DNA from: Trichoplax adhaerens
Taxonomy: Eukaryota; Animalia; Placozoa
Direction: 5' to 3'
Length of the DNA stretch: 64,000 nucleotides
NCBI RefSeq assembly: GCF_000150275.1
Contig: NW_002060972.1
Span: 376,500-440,499, forward strand
Within the stretch, counting starts at the first letter, position 1; each line of letters starts with the position of its first letter. This document shows, in pieces, positions 1 to 14,500 of this stretch. Below the pieces are notes generated by a model that saw only the letters and a list, made by a program, of their open reading frames with translations, searched no databases and was not told the DNA's origin. A program made the translations under genes and the position numbers.

Positions 1-1119
1 GATAGGTTTGTTGTCTATTACTAGAATAGATAATAGGGTAGCAATGATGTATGATCAATGTCTGGAAGCTGCAGTTGCGAGACAAATAAATATGCTTATT
101 GCTAACAGAAATGGCTAACTATATCTGCCAGCTTGTTAGAATTATCATAGTGCTCAACGGTATCTGTTTATCAATAAGAAATACTAAAGTCTGATTTGCC
201 TTCACTGTATAAGCACACCATCATGTTTAGCAATGAATTACTTGATAATAATTTTTAATTTTTTTTGCAATTATTATTACTGGAATATCATTCTCTATAA
301 AAATTGTTTTACATCATCTATTAAAAAATAAACTATGCATAATGCAATAATGGATTACATTAGTAAATGGTGGGCTATCATCATGGCAAAAAGAAACTCA
401 TCAAGAAATAATCTTTACTTTGAGGTCAAGTGAACTAATTAGTAATTATTATAGAAAATTTATGCAGCTCAGTTCATAAAGTTGGATAATAAATCAAAAT
501 ACGGAGTTTAGCTATACATGCTTACTGGTATTTATAATTACGGTACTCTGCATGAAGTGGCATACAGGCAAAATGAGTTATTTCCTTTGATACTCTGTAT
601 TTTAAATATAGATTCATTTAGCGATACTTAACAGAATGCTGTATGTCTACTTAAGACTTTTCTAATCTTCAGCAATAATGTGAATTGAGGCGAGAGAATG
701 AACCTACTTTCGTAAAAATTATTTCATAGGTAATCGTCTCAAATAATATCGAATTGTAATTGTTTTTATCTATTGTAGCAATAAAGTCTGCGATATTCAT
801 TTTCAGAAAAACAAAAAGTTAATATGGATTTACATTTTAACTGTTGAAGATGAATGCGCATAGTTCATTCTGAGAAGGTTAACATCTCATCCTATAGAAA
901 TTTGTAGGTCTGGCTGGTTATAATATCTGCTTTGATTCTCAGAATTTCTAGTGTACTGAGACATGAGTTAAACTAGATTATTTAATTCAAGATCATTATC
1001 ATAGATAATGATACATTGACCGATAAATTTTGAATGCCAAAATTAAAGTAAAGGGTAATTAGCTAAGACCTTTGGTCACAGCTGTATGTTCTTATTATTT
1101 GTTATTGATTCGAATCAAA

Positions 1120-1575
1120 TCACTTATATTCATCTATCCAAAGAAATTTATTAGAAAATTTTTTTGGCAGTAATGCCTGAAACAAATCATGATGAATTAG
1201 ATGTATTCTTTATGACCAGTATCGTGCCGAAAGTGATCATTTAAACGCTTCTTCTTTCTGTGATTGGTACGCTATTTTGGTAAGAACCTTCCACATATCC
1301 AACGATGATCCATATTGAAATATTTCTGCGATGTTTTCTTAATAAATAATTATTTCTTCTGTTCTCTGATTCCAATAACCGTGAACTGTATCGCTTCCAT
1401 CCTCAAATAACCTTCTAATAACTAATATACACTTTAAAACTCATCAACGTTTATTGTATTTTAAGAATTTATGCTTCATTGACTGGAAATTCTACAAATT
1501 ACCGCCGGATGACTTTCCACCTTTATGTTAAAATACTTTTCATAAGGTAATCAAGTTCTTAATGTAGTATTTGAC
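1120..1575 (-). pseudogene. Putative decayed Death-domain-like gene fragment (two exon-like pieces with in-frame stops)
   Basis: Exon-like piece 1575-1503 (tag|...|gtaatt) joins in phase to a piece starting at 1414 (tag|). The joined reading is ELDYLMKSILT*RWKVIRRRLFEDGSDTVHGYWNQRTEEIIIY*ENIAEIFQYGSSLDMWKVLTKIAYQSQKEEAFK*, loosely resembling the Death-domain pattern (L..I...L...WK.LAR.L). It has several premature stops. The match is by eye only. Confidence 0.35.
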
Positions 1576-4500
1576 CTATAAAAGATCGTCGAATGAAATG
1601 AATAACTTCTTTATAGCAATAGGCTGCATTTCAATATAAAGATAAATACTATTAGAAATTATAATATGACCATTTTGTTTAATGAAGTAAATCTAATACG
1701 ATTATCGCTGAAACCAACAATTTAATAGATATTACGTAAAACTATTATATAAATAAGAAAATACTTTGCAAATAATCCTGAAAAAAAATAGTGCTTATGT
1801 ATTCTATTGTTAGTTAACATGGAATATAATCGTTCCCCTAATTTCCTGACATGAGAATTTCAGAGCGGAAGTTCGATTACTCATAATGACCAGATTTGAT
1901 CCGTCTGTATTCTTCTCGTCTGCCTCTTAAGTTGCCTAAATATAGCATTGCAAGCATGATCTAAAATATATGAATTAGACGGACTAGAGATGATTTCTAT
2001 ATGCTTCTGCAGATGTATCGTTTGCAAATGAAAACTTTTAGCGCACAAGTTTGATAATTCATAACACTACGATCTATAGATGTAATTATCTCATACTTAA
2101 TTCAACATCTTTAATATTATTATGGCTAGGTTAATTAAAAATTCGAAAAGTTGAGATATGACTAGTTACTCTGATAGTCTAGAAATTCATAGTCTATAAA
2201 TTGGAACAGTACGGAAGTGAAATTAATTATTACAAAAAGATCGCACTGCTTGCGTACATAACTCGTTGTCTGTTTATTCTCACTGATATTGCTATGACGA
2301 AGATGCTTTAAAATGTAAAATTAAGCCTTCGTGTAATTATTTGACTTAAAGACTTTTAGTATATAAGATTGGAGTAGTATAGTTCGTTAATGACTATTAT
2401 TTACCAAACGAAAAGACCGTGCTGCAAGCGTTTTCATCTCACTTATCAATTTAAGTCCGTTACTATTGCCTTGAAGTGAAGTGATAATTACACATTCGGT
2501 CATTTCGATAGGTTTCTGCTTGTGTATGAGTTGTATATTGTATAAATATCAACGTAGTTAGTGGGTCTGTAATTGAATTTTGGCATTACTTAATTTTAGG
2601 AAGTTATAGCTATCCAGTTCTTCTTGAATTTATTACTTGAGTCGTATTACAGCTGTCTAAATACCATGGCTACAACAATTATTGTAAACTATTAACATTG
2701 CCATGAAAATATAGCTTGAATAAGCTGCATCATTGCACATTATAATCTAATAAATTTGGCCAAAAAAATTAAAGTTCCTTATTTATGAGGTGAATTAGCT
2801 AGCAAAGCTTAAGCGAACATTACTCTTCATCTCCTTGTTCATTTATTGCTTTCAATCTGATTACCTTACAAATTCATAAAATATGATTTCTGTCAAGTTT
2901 CGAATCATTATTTTAATTCCGCATGCAGTGATTTAAAGTTAAAAGATAAGTAAAGAGATTGTAAGCGTTGAATAATATAGTATCTAAGCAGATAATTCAT
3001 ATTTTGGATTTTATCAAAATTAATACTTTCATACTCGAATCTAGCTTATTATTATAGAGTTTAACATAAACATAATCCTAAAATTTACATTTAACCCAAT
3101 TTACTTAAAGTTATTTCTATTTTTATTGCTGTCAGGTTTAGCAATATCTTATGCCTACAATAGTCTGATTAATAGACATCTTAATGCGAAGATGGAAGAG
3201 ATGGGAGAAATATTCGGGTTAAAATTTAATTCTGGTAATTTTAAATGCTACTCTTTACTTTATATGGACAATACTTAAATGTCTATTCCGTAGATGCTGT
3301 GTTTGTTTGCCTATTCTTTCATCACTCAGTTCGCTTCATAGTCAATGATGTCATCTCAGCAGTTCGATGTTAGCATTTAGATTTTTTAAATGATAAACTT
3401 TTCCATTATCTTACACTATTAATCTATTGATGAATTGATGTATAATAAAAAGAAATTAATTTGAGGATTTCTAGCATTTTTCTCTCCTACCTATCAATCA
3501 AAAGAATTTATGTGTGCTTCATCCTAAACTTCTGTACTTTGATTGGTTTATTTTAATGTTTATGACAGCGTTCAATTCTTTCTGTTGTTCTTTCATAACA
3601 CAACTTGATCGTTCCATGAAAGTATACCAAATCTGATCATTATCTAAGTCATAATAGATTGTTTGTAGATTTTATTGGAAAAATAATATTTTTATGAGTA
3701 GACCTTTGTTGAAGTGTTGATCATAGGTTGTTTATTTACTATATAATTGGCTGTATTAAGCATAATTTATGTTTCGACATAACCAATTTATTAATCAATT
3801 TAAAAACTTTTAACGGCACGATTTAACTTCAGGGAGAAATCGGCAAAAACAATCCTTACGAATTGAATCTTTTTGGTAAGCGAATTTTTTTATTGTCCAT
3901 TGCGGTAAGCAGAGTTATAGTATGCACCCCTTATACTTCAATTATGCTGCTATGTATGATATGTCTAGATGAAAGATAAATATCGTTTTGGCCATTTAAT
4001 TAATTTTTAAACACTTGATGTAAACTGTTCTCATCCGGTACTGTAAGATTAATATCTACTAGATCGTATAGGTCATAAATTTCTGCTATAGCAGGCTGCT
4101 ATTTAATCACTTTACTCCTGTAGCGAGAGAAGATAGGGATGAAATATAATTACTGACGATCTTAATGGACAAATTTTAGTTAAGTATTCGCTTAAATTAA
4201 GTGACAGATATGAAATAGCAACATCACTGCAAGTGCTATCGAAAAGTATTAACTATATTGAGAACGAAAACTATTATGAATTTTAAATCTTTGCAAAATT
4301 TCTAAGCCATAATGTTTCCTTTAAGAAAAGCATGAATGACCGCATGTTCTCTAACTATAGTTGCAATCGTACGAATTATCTGTTTAAACATGTCCGGTTG
4401 AATTTTTTGACGAAAGAATAGAAGATCGATATATATTTGTTATGCAATAGGAAATAACGGTCAGCATATAGGATACTACGGATATGATTTGGCTTGCATA

Positions 4501-5382
4501 ACCTTACATGGTTATAATTCGCAGTATATGCGTATTTAGACCTCGATATTCAAAATGTAAACGTATGCAAGTAGCTTACTACCGATCATTTAATCCAATA
4601 ATGAAAGCGTTATATGCTATAAAAATTGGTATATAAAGGTTTGAAATTAAAACCAACAGTCAATATCGATGAATTAGCTAAGATATCGTAAACTATAGGT
4701 ACGTGTTCATAATTAAAATACATTTACGAGCATTTACAATATTGACAGCTGATTTCTACGATACGATATTCGATATTTCATCGAAGACAGAATTGAATCA
4801 AGGCAACAATATCAGGAAGGAAATTATGATTGCTTCGTGAGAAAGAGATCTACGCGTATGTATCCCTATTTACATATTGCAAGAATACACGTCAATTTAT
4901 TCACCATTATATATGCACAGAAAAGAGTTCATAAAAGATTAGTTTCTACTGTCACTGTACCTATAACTCACCGGATATTAATACTTCTTGAGTCTAAGGT
5001 TGTTAGTAAACATTAGAATTATGAAACTACCCATTTCTCAAGCAAATGTACATACTGTAAATCAGCTGCGATTGACGGAAGTTCCCTGTGTTACTTTTGT
5101 GGACGTTACATACATACATAGTATAAATATATATATAGAGCCTGATTCCCATACTAAAATGTAACTACTGTTATACGCAAATACCTGAGACACATTGTAT
5201 AGTCATGATGATGGCATTAGTGACTATGATTATCAAGAACAAAAACTTCATCAATGCTTGTGAACTATAGAGAATACATTATTTATAAATGCAATTTAAA
5301 AAAATGGCACATTCGATTTTACATTAGCATAGTATCATTACTATCATTGAATGATATGTCACGTAATCTTTTATATCTTATG

Positions 5383-5543
5383 TGTAGATGAGATTTTAAA
5401 AAATTATACTCTCCTTTTCAGTTAGTATCGGTGCTAGTTTCAATACTGGGATTGACCGATATATTTAATAGTCTTGTATAATCGATATGTAGATGAGTTT
5501 TAAAAATTATACTCTCCTTTGAATTTACTATAGCTGCTAGCTT
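5383..5543. repeat. Diverged tandem duplication, period about 105 bp
   Basis: tgtagatgag(a)ttttaaaaa(a)ttatactctccttt occurs at 5383 and 5488, with similar downstream sequence (..tgctag..ttt). Confidence 0.8.
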
Positions 5544-8500
5544 TAGTTAGATTGGATTAACTTGTGGGATGAAAAGTAATGAAAGATTTCACTTTACTTA
5601 GATCATACATATATTGCAATAGATTGCTACTACCACAGAGGTAATATCAGTTTAAAAATCAACGAGTCAGATAGTATAGACAGATATACTATGGGAGCAA
5701 AGGTGGGTCAAAGTGTTGCTCATTCTACTGTTAGATTGTTATTTAGTTGATGTCTATGATATTATTATAAGGTAGATGTTACTAGAATTAATATGAAGAT
5801 ATTATCTACTGATGGAATTTATTGTGTAGCATTCTATATTTATCTGGCGAGTATCCTCTGTTTTCTATATTTTTTCAATGAGGAAACTCGCTAATTAATC
5901 GTTTTAATGGTTATCAATATAAGAAAATAATGGCTATTCGGAAGTTACAAATTATTAGTATTCTAACTTGAGTTAAAAGAAAATCATACATTTTAAATAA
6001 GAGAGATAGAGATAACAATAAATTGGGATGTTAAATTCAGCTTAGCAACTAATGGTAAACAAAATAATACAGTATCACGGGCGTCACTCGGTGACACTCT
6101 CATCAATAAGTTTATCTTCAAATTTAATTATTTCATTAAGGTATATCTAGAGTTGAATAGTTTAATCGCTTACTTAAATTAAATTAATTGATTAATTTGG
6201 TCTAGTACTGTGACCCATTTGAGAAAAACCTTTATTTATAGCGCAAGTATGGAAATCAGCTGATTTGCGTTAAGTTGTGAGTTCTTGTGAGTTCATTGAC
6301 TAAAGTTATTCTGTAGATTACTTACTGTACAACTAGTTATTAAAAGCTTTTTTAGAAGGTAAGTTCTTAGGTTTTATTGTGGTAGCAGTACATTTTAACT
6401 AGATCTTTCAACAAATTAAGGTAATAATTTGTGATAGAAAACACTGCAAAAGTAGATGCTTTATATGACATAAGTAAACTTGTCAGGAAGTAATCCGATA
6501 ATGCTAGCAATCATTCAGATGGAATATCGAAACAATATGTGGAAGATACGCGTATGTCTATATATACTGTAGCAGATATGCAAGGATAAATACCGTATGA
6601 ACTTTAAAATAGTTAATCTTAACGTTTTTTATGATATCTGCAGCTAATTTACTGCCACTTTTTCTAAAATCGGAAAAGACAGTAAATGATTGCCCTATAT
6701 TCTAAGTTAATAACATTTTTATTATTGGTCTTGATCTGAAATTATATGTATTATAAAAATATAAATGTAATATTTTTGCCTGAAAATGGTGCAGCTTATG
6801 CAAAACAGCGCTAATGTATTTTGATGATTTGCATTTATTAACATACTTTTATTAAAAGGGGATGAAGGGAAATAACGGGATTGATCGAATAAAGGTATTG
6901 GATATTAAGATTAGACCGAATTCTTTATTTTGATAGAGCTAGGGCTAAAATTTACAACTAATCAGGGTAAATATATAAATTTCGTATTATATATGATAAG
7001 ACGGTAGGGATTTCCGTTCTACATACCTCTTAGTATACATATTACCATGCATATTACAGATTTATCCCACAGATCTGCAGGGAAATCACTATGCAGTATT
7101 TACTAGGGAGTTAGGATTACCCTGTTTTCTAGTTGTAGTCTAATAGTTTAAAGTGACAGAGGTACTAGGAAATCGATCATATCGCGAGGACATGTTACAC
7201 CAGACGCTTTCAAAAATATTCTGATTAGATTTTTATATCAACATATACGTTTCTTAGGCTTCTCTATGACTCTAAAAGAATCAAAAAACCATTAATTAAT
7301 TCATATTAGTAAATGTATTGAGTGTTTGAAACGAGTTTTGCTGAATATAAAATTCTCAATAAGAGCTTATATGATATTTCCATAGTTTTATAAAACGATC
7401 AATAGTTAGATATATTTAAACGCAAATGAAATAGACTTTATTTGAAAGTGTACGGAGATGGAAAATGTTAACTTTGGATTTACAAGACCTTTTAACATAA
7501 AATATGACCTCATTCCAACCCATTAAAGCCAGAACTTTCCCTGATTTATAAAGGAATATCAAATTAATTTTATGAAACTTTAGATTGTAATGGGGTTCGT
7601 GGCTAGATGAATGTTTCAGAAAGTCTTTAATAGGAAAAATTACTTTAAGATTTTATCATAGCCTAATACTACTAAAACTGTATAAGAAACTTAACTATTT
7701 TTCTATATTTTGAGGTATTGTGTCTGTAAATGCCCCAATGAGGGCATATTTGTTCTGAATCATGATTACTTAAAGCAATGGAGTTATTAAAGTAGTCTCA
7801 TAGCACCTTCTATACTACTATCTAGTCTCAAATATAAATCTGATATAAGTCTGATGTTAGTCTGCATAATTAGTTTATTATAGACATGATTTTGACGACG
7901 ATATATAAATATATAACTTTCTACCAAAGTACAGACAGTATCTGCAACTATCTGTTTGCTAAATCTTATAATTTATCATCTACCTCAGATAAAATTATGT
8001 AATGCAGCTGTTTGTTGCCTTTATGCGATCTTGAATGTCATAATGCTGCCAGCGGCCATCGTTAACGTCATCATGCTTTTAAATGCCGTTATGAACGTCT
8101 TTTATTTAAATAATTATGAAATTAATCAATCATTTTAAAAATTGAGTCATTTACCGTCTATTGCTGATTATATTAATTGTTGAATAAAGAAGCAATAGAA
8201 TGAGATTCCAGAAAATTCTCTGCAAATAAATCGATCAGTAAGTCATAGTTTAAAATTAGTGTGAAATGAACCCCGGAAAATTTATTGGTAGCCATAATTA
8301 TTCCCCCAAAATTACATCCTTTAAAATTTATTTTTATTATAGTGTCATTATTGGGTTTAAAATTGATTATAGTCTCTAGAAATTGTTAACGTAGCGATTA
8401 TCTTTCAGCAAGGTCTTATATATTTAGTAGTTTAATGTTCAGTTACAATATTATGTAGTCTTCAAAACTTGCTAGTATGGTAAATGACTCACGCGTTTTA

Positions 8501-11500
8501 TTTTTATGCATATAATATACGGTAGCTTATTGAAAATAATGTTTCTAACACGTCAAATTTCTTCAATAAGAAATAGTAGCATTTACTATAATGCTCAGAT
8601 ATGTTCTATTGAATATCAATTCCTCCAATTAATGTAGTATTATTTATTAAACAGTACATTACTCTTTATAATGATCAAATCAAACTCAACACAATATGCT
8701 TCCTTTTCATATTTGTTGTAGCTATTGACTCCATCTTAATGAAAGATAATATATATGTTATACATATATATAATCTAGAGTAACTAATTTATCACAATCA
8801 CACACTTAAACAGCTTTTACTGAATCTTACAATTATAAAATATCGATATTCTCAAAGGAATGAATAAAAAATTTTACCAAAGCAGCGAATAAATGAAAAA
8901 TTGCCATTTATGCCACATGTGGTATGCAATATGAATACTAACCACTTTCAAGAACATTAGAAGTTTATTCTATTACAATGAAATAATTCATCAATGAAAT
9001 AGTAAATGGAATTATGCATTCGCATTCACCTGTTAATACAATAACAGGATATGTGAGGAAAATACTTGTCAGAATATTAATAGCAAATACGTAATCAAAG
9101 ATACTGTAGGGTCTTATTTAGACGTATGTTATTTAGATATATAGCTATACTATTGAACTATTTTCTGGAAGGAACTGAAATTCTCGAAAGACGAAATAGT
9201 ATTGTAAATTGCGGATGTAGATTATTATTTAAAACTCTATTAATAAATAATCAAAATCAAGCAGGATTATAAAATAATAAAAACAACAAAAAGGCTTCAT
9301 TTGTATTGAAGAGATCTTTATGATATTATGTGGCATAAAAATTTTAGTCCTGTTTACGTTGTTGAATATCTTACTATGCACAGTAAACACCTTTTGAGTG
9401 GGTAATCTAAATGGGCTACAGCAAATTATGATTTAACATTTTCTTTTGTTGTATCTTGAGAATTTTATAATTGAGCACCAGTATAGTATTTCAATCATTA
9501 TACATATGCACCTCGAAGACAATGAAGTAATTTTAAAAGTTATAATTTCTTTAGAATAACAAATTAAATCACGTTCCAAATAACTATTTGTTTAACTCTA
9601 GACAGTTTCGGATAGAAAGCTATTACTTAAAATTATAGTTGGTAGTGACGTAGGATCTTCATAACTAAAAACAATTATTTTCCAATTATCATCTGCTTCA
9701 TCAAATTAGAATACATATGCAATCTTCAACGAAAAACGTCTGTAAATTTGGCTACCGAGTAACAGGAGCAAGTGTTAATGAAAGGTAAGATCATTTTTGA
9801 TCACTGTAAAATTTTAAGCAGAACCATGATAGTAAACTTTTATTTTTATCATAAGGCTTATGGATTAGCTCATAAATCTAGATGATCTTTCATGTTTTGA
9901 ATATATCGACACTCTATATCACTAATTTGTAAGCTTATCTGTTTTTTGATATAAAACCAGTATTTCTTAAATTTAAACAAGTGACAAAATTGTTGACAAC
10001 GTTGATCGAAGCTTATCAGTCAACTTGCTCTATTCCATTAATTTAATAGTCCTGGTCCATAATTTTTTCAAAAATTCTTATAATATTACCAGTATTTTAT
10101 AACTGGAAGAATGCCGAAACAGTTTTATACTGATTGGTAAATTTCTAGCAAATTATCTATCTTCTTTATCTTAATATTATTGGTGTACTACCAATCAAAC
10201 GTTTAGATCTTGGTATTTTAACACTTCATTAGATATCAAGATAGCTCCTTAATTAATATTGAACGTTTAGCTTATGGTAATGATTATGGTACTTTCAAAA
10301 CTTGTTAAGTCCTGTACCATAATTGCTCTGTCAAATTAATTTGCTGGGCCGGGTTCTAGTCTAAATGCACTTGTTTCGTTTAGATGATTTCAAAATTTCA
10401 ACAAAAAATTACTACATTAATACGCATTCAAATATTGCAAAGCAGGCCGCAATCGATTACGGCATCAACATATAAATAAATTAATCGGTTGTTAGCTTCA
10501 GTAAATATGCGAGTAAAATTACTAACGCTATGCAGTCGTCATTTTATTTGAAATTTGTCGGTGGGAAGCATTAATTAACATCTGCAAATTGACACTACCG
10601 TACTTAGAATGTAAAGCCATAGTATGTTGGATTCAGCAATTTTCATACATTGAGTGTTTGGAAACCAAGGCATAAAAGTCAAGCGAAATTAAATCTAATG
10701 GAAACTTTTATATCGTACTTAAATTAGCGAAATTGTTTGCGAGTTACCATTAGAATGTTTCTATACATATTTGTATAAACAAATTGATGAAAATTTCTGA
10801 GAAAGAATTGGTTAAGAGTCGGTAGATAATTATATAGCTGAATTACTAGCATAAAGTGTATATCGCCAATATACAATCATCATAAGCAAAGTCATTTTAA
10901 GTGCTTAAAATAAGAGAATAATAAACGACAATTTACTCCAGCTTTAGTCTGGTACTAATTAAAATAAATTTAAGCACCCGTAGGTGCAAAATTTTTCAGT
11001 TTTATAGTCAAACCTTCTATTAAAAATTCATAAGTACAGTTTCCTGCATTATTAAGACTTTTATGAAGCATTAATAATGATTTATGAATACTATTGACAT
11101 AACTACTTTGTGATTCGACCTTCAAAGTCAAAAGCGGTTAGATCAAAACTAAATTTTTATCAAGTGGAAGCTATAACTATTTCGCCCACTCAATCATTTT
11201 GATATTATAACAATATTTATCGAAATTTATTAACAAACATCGCCATTAATGCATGAATTAAATGTCTGATTTGCCTCCTAGCCATCGAATATTATAATTA
11301 AGCCAAGATAGGCAAAGATTTAATTCAACTTTAATCAGTACCGCATTAAATCGATCGGTATTCTTATCTGAACATGTTCAATTGTTCAGCTTTTGATCTG
11401 AAATAAGCGTTAGAAAATGAATCCGCTGACTACGAGCTATTACGATTTTTCGGTCTATGTTATCGTTACTAAAGAAATTTCTGAAATTATTGAACTTACA

Positions 11501-14500
11501 GCTATCTTATCATCGAATAATTGAAATTAAATTTAATTAAACAGATCTATACCATGAACGAAGGGTTTGCTGCTTGTCTATAATATTAATATATGCACGA
11601 CTAATTAAGATATTGCTGATCATATTTTAGGTATGACTTGAATACCGTTAGTAAATAATCCTATGGATGATTTTGTTTATCCCTCAAATATTGTTATTAA
11701 CATTAGGAGTTCAAATATTCAAAGATCTTGCGATAAGAATTGATTGAAAAGGGTTAAATTGTTTTATAGCTAACCATATACTGTAAGAGTCGTAAGCCTT
11801 GTCGATTATTAAATTTAGTCTACCCTTTACTTTCTAGCAGTAACATAATTCATATGATCTGCATTTTTGCACAGCTGATAATAGAGTTATATTGCAGAAT
11901 TCATAACTGCAGCTGCGGCAGTTCTTACGTTGACTTATTAATTTCATAATTTAGCCCGATGAATAAAATTAATCTACCGTTCACTACTTCAAAGTTATAT
12001 AGAAATCATAATCTAAATTGCTTATTCAGCAATAATAAATATTAAATTTTGACAAATTCGGTGAATTTGAAAAGAACAGTTACACCATAAATTTAGATAT
12101 TGAATGGCTTAGTAGTTAGTTTAACAAATCAAAATTGAACTACGCCTTACTTCAATTTACCGATCTTTTCTTAGATAAAGTCCCCGATGATTTACGAATA
12201 CGCTAATCATAGTTCAGGGAAAATTTATTTAAAACTTGTATTTTATTTTTCTGATGACAGTTTAATATTCCTATCTAGGGCGAAGACTGGTAGTTAATAT
12301 GTCAAAATGAAACCGGATAATATTTGTTTTGATCTACTTAGTAAGAATGACTTGTACTGCTTGCTTTCAAACGATTATAACTTTTAAGATATGCTTTCGC
12401 TACTTTGTATTTGATAAAAAATTTCGTCAATATATGCGCGAAACGAGTGCATTTAGCAGTTACCATAACTTCATTATGTCACTAGCTAAAATACCTATCT
12501 ACAACCGCATCGACTGTTCGAGAATTAGCTTTACATAAATATGCGTGTGCTATTGTAGATATTTTAAAACAGTATTATAGCTAGAGTAGTTCATTATCAG
12601 AAGATGTCGTCATTACTTAAGCAAACTGAATTCTCAATTAGGAACTTGTTTATGATCATATTAGAAAACGAGTCTTAGTTCGCGTCTGGGTTAATAAATT
12701 GACCAGGAAACATGAAGTGACTTTGATATTGAATAGATTGACTTCAAGTTGCATACGTTAGTTCTGTTGCTTGTATTTTTCTAAAATGAAGAAAATTTTT
12801 AGATACCTTAAGTCGGGAAAGCAAGCAGATGATATAGTTATACTTTACGTTTCTATGCTTTTATATTGCGACTAAAGAGGTCCAAATTTTAACTCCTTTC
12901 CTGCTAGGACAATCTTTAACATACATTAGGATATCAAGAAGGTTTAATAGGGTTACTAAAGTAATTGAGATAGCTAAAACAAAGCTGTATGATCGAAAAG
13001 TAATTGATGATCAGGAGGATGAGGTAAATTAACTCAGAATTACAAGCACAGATATTACAGTTTCGTTGGTTATACGTATATAGTGCCTTTCCGAAGCGAA
13101 ATAGCGAACAATTGGGCTAATAAATTTAAGTAGAATGATATAATCAGGCTAATTCTTAGCTTAAAAGTGATTAATAATTCCATCTATACTTTACTTTAGG
13201 CCATAAATTTTCATAACGGTTAAAAATGAGAAGAGAAATTAACTCATGAGAGCCAACACATGCAAATTTCTATATTTAATGCGGTTTATTAGATATTTGC
13301 CTTCATTAATATCAGTAAATTCAGCTTGTACTTAAAATCAGATTATAGAACGATAAACTCTTAAAAATTTCTTCGTGTACATCTATGCTTAGAAATTTTT
13401 CTTAGACTATCTTTAACTAATTCTTCAATAGCTACTATATCACTAACCATATGAGGTTAAAATCGCCTGTTAAAAAAATTAGAATACCAACATACTACTC
13501 TCGATTACTTCGGTTTGTATACTGAAATACTCGCATTTTAATATTAAATGAAGCTTTCTACATGATATATGATTTATGAATTGATATTGATATTGAACTA
13601 TTTCAAGCTTAAGCTTATTAAATCATTCTGTTTCAAGATAAGGTCTTGACTTTTAATTATTATAGGTTAGTCAGTGTCTTTGAATTTCTGATATCATTAT
13701 AAATTTTAGCAAAACTATGAATTTAATGAAAATTTACGTTGCAAGTAGAAAGACTCAAATCTTACGTGAATGAATGATAAATATAATAATTGATATTCCA
13801 GTTTACAACAATTACAAAGTCTCAAAAATTGCATGATATTAAATTTTCTAACCAGGGTAGCTGAATAAGACAGAATTTCTAATCGATTCTTTTAGCTCTT
13901 AATTATTAGTGACCTTTAACGATTATCAATACCTTAAAGCTAAGTTTCAAGGGTGATGTGTTGTATTTTTTATCTGATACCCTGATAATTAACTCTTACT
14001 CTTGCTTTTGAAATGCAAGTTATTGGGAGCTGTAATTTCTATGGAACGTTAAAAAGTTTTTCTTTACGTGAATACGTCACTGCGGGAATATGAACACTTC
14101 CAGAGCACATTACTGAAAATTAACACTATGAATAGCGAATAAAGCTTCATACAGGCATTATTAATAGTTGATATTATAAATTGAACGATAGGTAAAAAGA
14201 CAATAGGAATTTATTTCATTATCAATAATTTATTCTTATGAAAAAGAGTACAGATTTATATTAATCTCAGAGAAATATCTTAAGCTTGTTGTTTTTCATT
14301 GTCCTTTCAATCATATTAAATGATGTATTGACCATATGCGTATATTAACCAGAGAGCCACAATGTTTTGCTTTTCTATTTACTGGCTTAGTTACTTTATC
14401 TGACAGAATCATAACCGTACTTTAATTAATAGATTAGCAATAATGACTTTGAGTTGCTCCTCAAATGGCTTTCTGTGTATTAAAATAATAGCTACATTAT

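Noticed and set aside
9710-9784. Exon-like piece encoding CKFGYRVTG (Sushi/EGF-like)
   Set aside because: It is isolated, no compatible neighbouring exons were found, and it is too short to support.
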